Of a stretch of DNA of 64,000 nt, positions 60,671-64,000 are shown one piece after another. The stretch spans positions 15,316,001 to 15,380,000 of the forward strand of contig CM059432.1 of NCBI GenBank assembly GCA_030390025.1. The letters are read 5' to 3'. The number at the start of each line of letters is the position of its first letter. Positions within the stretch are counted from its first letter, which is position 1. Both the position numbers and the translations under genes were made by a program. The notes under the pieces are model-generated. The model was not told the origin of the DNA, did not search any database, and saw only the letters and a program-made list of their open reading frames with translations. This DNA comes from Squalus acanthias (lineage: Eukaryota).

Positions 60671-61798
60671 GAGTGGAACCTGAAACGACGGATAACCGTA
60701 AAATATGGACATTCATGACAAGTATTCTAAATTGTAAAAGATAACAAGAGGCGCACTGAAACGATGGGCACTTGAAAATTACAGACTACGGATGGCCTTC
60801 AATATAACAAGCCCTATTTACTTAGCGTATTGTGCACGCTAAAACACCGGCCCCCGTAAAGTTTTTATGAGTGATGCCTAATTACAAGGGGCTGATTGCA
60901 ATTAAGTTTCCCCGTGAATAATGACCATGAAATGTAAAGCATAGGTTTTAAGTCAATTTCAGGAAAGATTTAAGAAAATGGCTGCTAAACCCAAGCGTAA
61001 TGAGTTATCACTGGACCAAAAAATCACCATCTCCTTAAATGACTCTCGATAAATAATGAATGATGAATTAATTTCTTTAATTTTGTATGAATGGGTAAAT
61101 TGATTGCGCTTATTAATTGCTGATTTCCTAAAAATAAAAATACCATTTTAGAAGAGATTTAAAAAAAATATTTGTTGCTGGGATGCGTCTGTCGCTGGCA
61201 AGGCCGGCATTTATTGCCCATCCCGAAAAGAAGGTGGTGGTGAGCTGCCTTCTGTGAGCCATTGCAGTCCGTCTTCTCTGCAGCGGTTTGGTACAACTGA
61301 GTGACTTGCTGGGCCATTTCAGAGGGCAGTTAAGAGTCAACCACATTGCTGTGGGTCTGGAGTCACATATAGGCCAGACCGGGTAAGGATGGCAGATTTC
61401 CTTCCCTAAAGCATATTAGTGAACCAGATGGGTTTTTCCGACAATCTGGTATAATGGTCACCATTACTGGTACTAGCTTTATATTCCAGATTTATTTAAT
61501 TCACTGAATTCCCCAATTTGAACTCATGTCTCCAGATCATTAGTCCAGGCCTCTGGATTACTAGTCCAGTAACATAACCACTATGCTACCGTTCCCCTAT
61601 CTACATGCAACCTGGCCGAAACTACAGAGAGTACAATGACCATTTGGAAAATACGGACACCTGCAAAACACAGACAGCTGATGCCAGTGAAGGAAAAGGT
61701 CTATGAACCCCACCCGAACACCTAATGTGGGAGGTGTGAAAGTCATAAATAATTCCTACACCAGTCTGCTAGGTGTCCGTAATTCACAGGTTTCGCTG
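60671..61798 (+). mobile_element. Non-autonomous Tigger/pogo-like (Tc1-mariner superfamily) element
   Basis: TA on both sides; degenerate TIRs gagtggaacctg..acgga / tccgt..caggtttcgctg; MAAKPKRNELSLDQKI remnant at 60978. Confidence 0.6.
61165..61598 (-). mobile_element. tRNA-derived SINE sharing its 3' tail with LINE family B
   Basis: Minus-strand head GGTAGCATAGTGG...GAGTTCAAAT; tail matches the CACCACC...GGGCAATAAATGC end of family B LINEs. Confidence 0.6.
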
Positions 61799-62329
61799 TA
61801 CTCCATTGGCAGGGAAGCACTTTGGAACATCCTGAGGTCGTGAAAAGCCACTATAAAAATGTACATCCTTTCATTCTAAAAATTCTAATAACCTTATTTA
61901 GCAAAGTTCGGGTGAAGGGTTACATCGGAAACATTAACCTGTCTTTTCTCTTTCATTATATGGACTGATTTGCTGTGTATTTCCAACACTTTCTGTTTTT
62001 ATTTCAGACTTCCAGCCCTCATGGTTTCTTGTTTTTACCACCAGTATATAGTCGACCTGATAGAATGCATGTTGAGGTATTGTGATTTAATTTGGTGGAC
62101 TGAAGCCCACCTCAATCCTGAACTCTAGCCCATGAGTTTTGAGATAGGAGCCTGACCTGACAGTCCTTCGAGCACTTTTTAAACTGCCTGGAACTCCCTC
62201 CAGGACATGGCTGGTCCATGCTGCCACTGTCACCCTATCACCAGCTGCTATTTTTTTTTTTAATAATAGGTTCACCAGAGTCTGCACTGAGCAGTGTAAA
62301 TACCTGCTGAAATTGAGCAGTGTTTTCAT

Positions 62330-63318
62330 TGATGATATATATTAATGGCCTTGACTTGGGTATACAAGGCAAAATTGCCAAGTTTGCAGATGAGATGAAA
62401 CTCGGAAATGTAGTAAAAAATTAGGAGGATAGTAACAGGCTTCAGGAGGACAAAGCTAGACCGGTGAGTGGGCATCTCATTGAAACTTATAAAATTCTAA
62501 CAGGACTAGACAGACTAGATGCAGGAAGGCTGTTCCCGATGGCGGGGGAGTCCAGAACCAGGGGTCACAGTCTAAAGATAAGGGGTAAGCCATTTAGGAC
62601 TGAGATGAGGAGGAATTTCTTCACCCAGAGAGTGGTGAACCTGTGGAATTCTCTACCACAGAAGGCAGTTGAGGCCAATTCATTAAATATATTCAAGAAT
62701 GAGTTAGATATATTTCTTAAGGCTAAGGGGATCAAGGGATATGGGGAGAAAGCAGGGACAGGGTACTGAATTTGGATGATCAGCCATGATCGCATTGAAT
62801 GGTGGAGCAGGCTCGAGGGGCCGAATGGCCTACTCCTGCTCCTATCTTCTATGTTTCTATGTAAATGGGCGGACACATGGCAGATGAAACTTAACGCAGA
62901 GAAGTGTGAAGTGATACATTTTGGTAGGAAGAAGGCGGGGAGGCAATATAAACTAAATGGTATAATTTTAAAGGGGGTGCAGGAAAAGAGAGACCTGAGG
63001 GTATATATACACAAATCTTTGAAGGTGGCAGGACAAGTTGAGAAGGCTGTTAAAAAGCATGTGGGATCCTTGGCTTTATTAATAGAAGGATAGAGTACAA
63101 AAGCAAGGAAGTTATGCTAGACCTTTATAAAACACTGGTTAGGCCTCAGCTGGAGTATTGTGTTCAATTCTGGGCACCACACTTTCGGTAGGATGTCTAG
63201 GCCTCAGAGAGGGTGAAGAAGAGATTTACTAGAATTGTACCAGGGATGAGGAACTTCAGTTATGTGGAGATACTGGAGAAGCTGGGGTTGTTCTCCTTAG
63301 AGCAGAGAAGGTTAAGAG
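62330..63318 (+). mobile_element. Older CR1 fragment with a young CR1 3' end nested at ~62474-62861
   Basis: The FAD..KL region is interrupted by LIETYKILTGLDRLDAG...; the host resumes as WADTWQMKLNAEKC. Confidence 0.8.
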
Positions 63319-63334
63319 GAGAGTTTATTTTTAT

Positions 63335-63882
63335 ATTCGTTCCTGGGATCTGGGCGTCGCTGGCAAAACCAGGATTTATTGCCCATCCCTAATTGCCCTT
63401 GAGAAGGTGGTGGTGAGCCGCCTTCTTGACCGCTACAGTCCACGTGGTGAAGGTACTCCCACAGTGTTATTAGGGAGGGAGTTCCAGGATTTTGACCCAG
63501 CGATGATGAAGGAACAGTGATATATTTCCAAGTCAGGATGGTGTGTGACTTCAAGGGGAACTTGGAGGTGATGGTGTTCCCATGCACCTGCTGCCCTTCT
63601 CCTTCTAGGTGGTAGAGGTTGTGGGTTTCGGAGGTGCTGTCTAAGAAGCCTTGGCGAGTTGCTGCAGTGCATCTTGTAGATGGTACACATTGCAGCCACA
63701 GTGCGCCAGTGGTGGAAGGAGTGAATGTTTAAGGTGGTGGATGGGGTGCCAATCAATTGGGCTGCTTTGTCCTGGATGGTGTCAAGCTTCTTGAGTGTTG
63801 TTGGAGCTGCACTCATCCAGGCAAGTGGAGAGTATTCCATCACACTCCTGACTTGTGCCTTGTAGATGGTGGAAAGGCTTTG
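63335..63882 (-). mobile_element. CR1-related LINE family B 3' fragment
   Basis: YKAQVRSVMEYSPLAWMSAAPTTLKKLD. Confidence 0.8.
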
Positions 63883-63886
63883 GGGA

Positions 63887-64000
63887 GATGGTGGCATAGT
63901 GGTTAGCACTGGTGCCTCACAGCGCCAGGGACCCGGGTTCGAATCTGACTTCGGGTGACTGTCTGTGTGGAGTTTGCACATTCTCCCCGTGTCTGCGTGG
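63887..64000 (+). mobile_element. HE1-like V-SINE 5' part, running off the window
   Basis: TGGCATAGTGGTTAGCAC A box, GGTTCGAAT B box, then the TGTGTGGAGTTTGCACATTCTCCCCGTGTCTGCGTGG V-domain. Confidence 0.75.

Larger units (their letters stand above)
60350..61875 (+). mobile_element. Deu-domain SINE split by a Tigger-like element
   Basis: The SINE breaks at ...cacttcagtagTA and resumes at TActccattggc (61801). Confidence 0.7.

Noticed and set aside
61905..62020. Hammerhead in a degenerate Penelope 3' end (similar remnant at ~12290-12385)
   Set aside because: The CUGANGA core and stem II are destroyed.
2206..64000. Signal-peptide exon 1 or further host exons
   Set aside because: No convincing candidate found by eye; a very short or non-coding exon could have been missed.

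Overview
Vertebrate genomic DNA, most likely a cartilaginous fish judging by its repeats (HE1-type V-SINE, Deu-domain SINEs, CR1, RTE, L2, Penelope-like elements, Harbinger-type MITEs). The only host coding sequence I can support is one 126-bp phase-1/1 exon on the minus strand (2080-2205). It encodes the start of the MAM domain of a type IIB receptor tyrosine phosphatase (most like PTPRM; PTPRT possible), so the rest of the window is probably intron (over 61 kb upstream of the exon). The most notable feature is a very young Penelope-like retroelement (41871-45324) nested in a Harbinger-type MITE. It has an uninterrupted RT + GIY-YIG ORF, 775-bp near-identical inverted pseudo-LTR arms, a 37-nt tail, a 14-bp TSD and a minimal hammerhead ribozyme in each arm. 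Miniature fold-back derivatives with the same layout and further hammerhead motifs occur elsewhere, and four hammerhead motifs lie on the host pre-mRNA strand. Several Harbinger-type MITEs carry promoter-like motifs and perfect splice donors. All calls were made by eye without searches; boundaries of old repeats are approximate.
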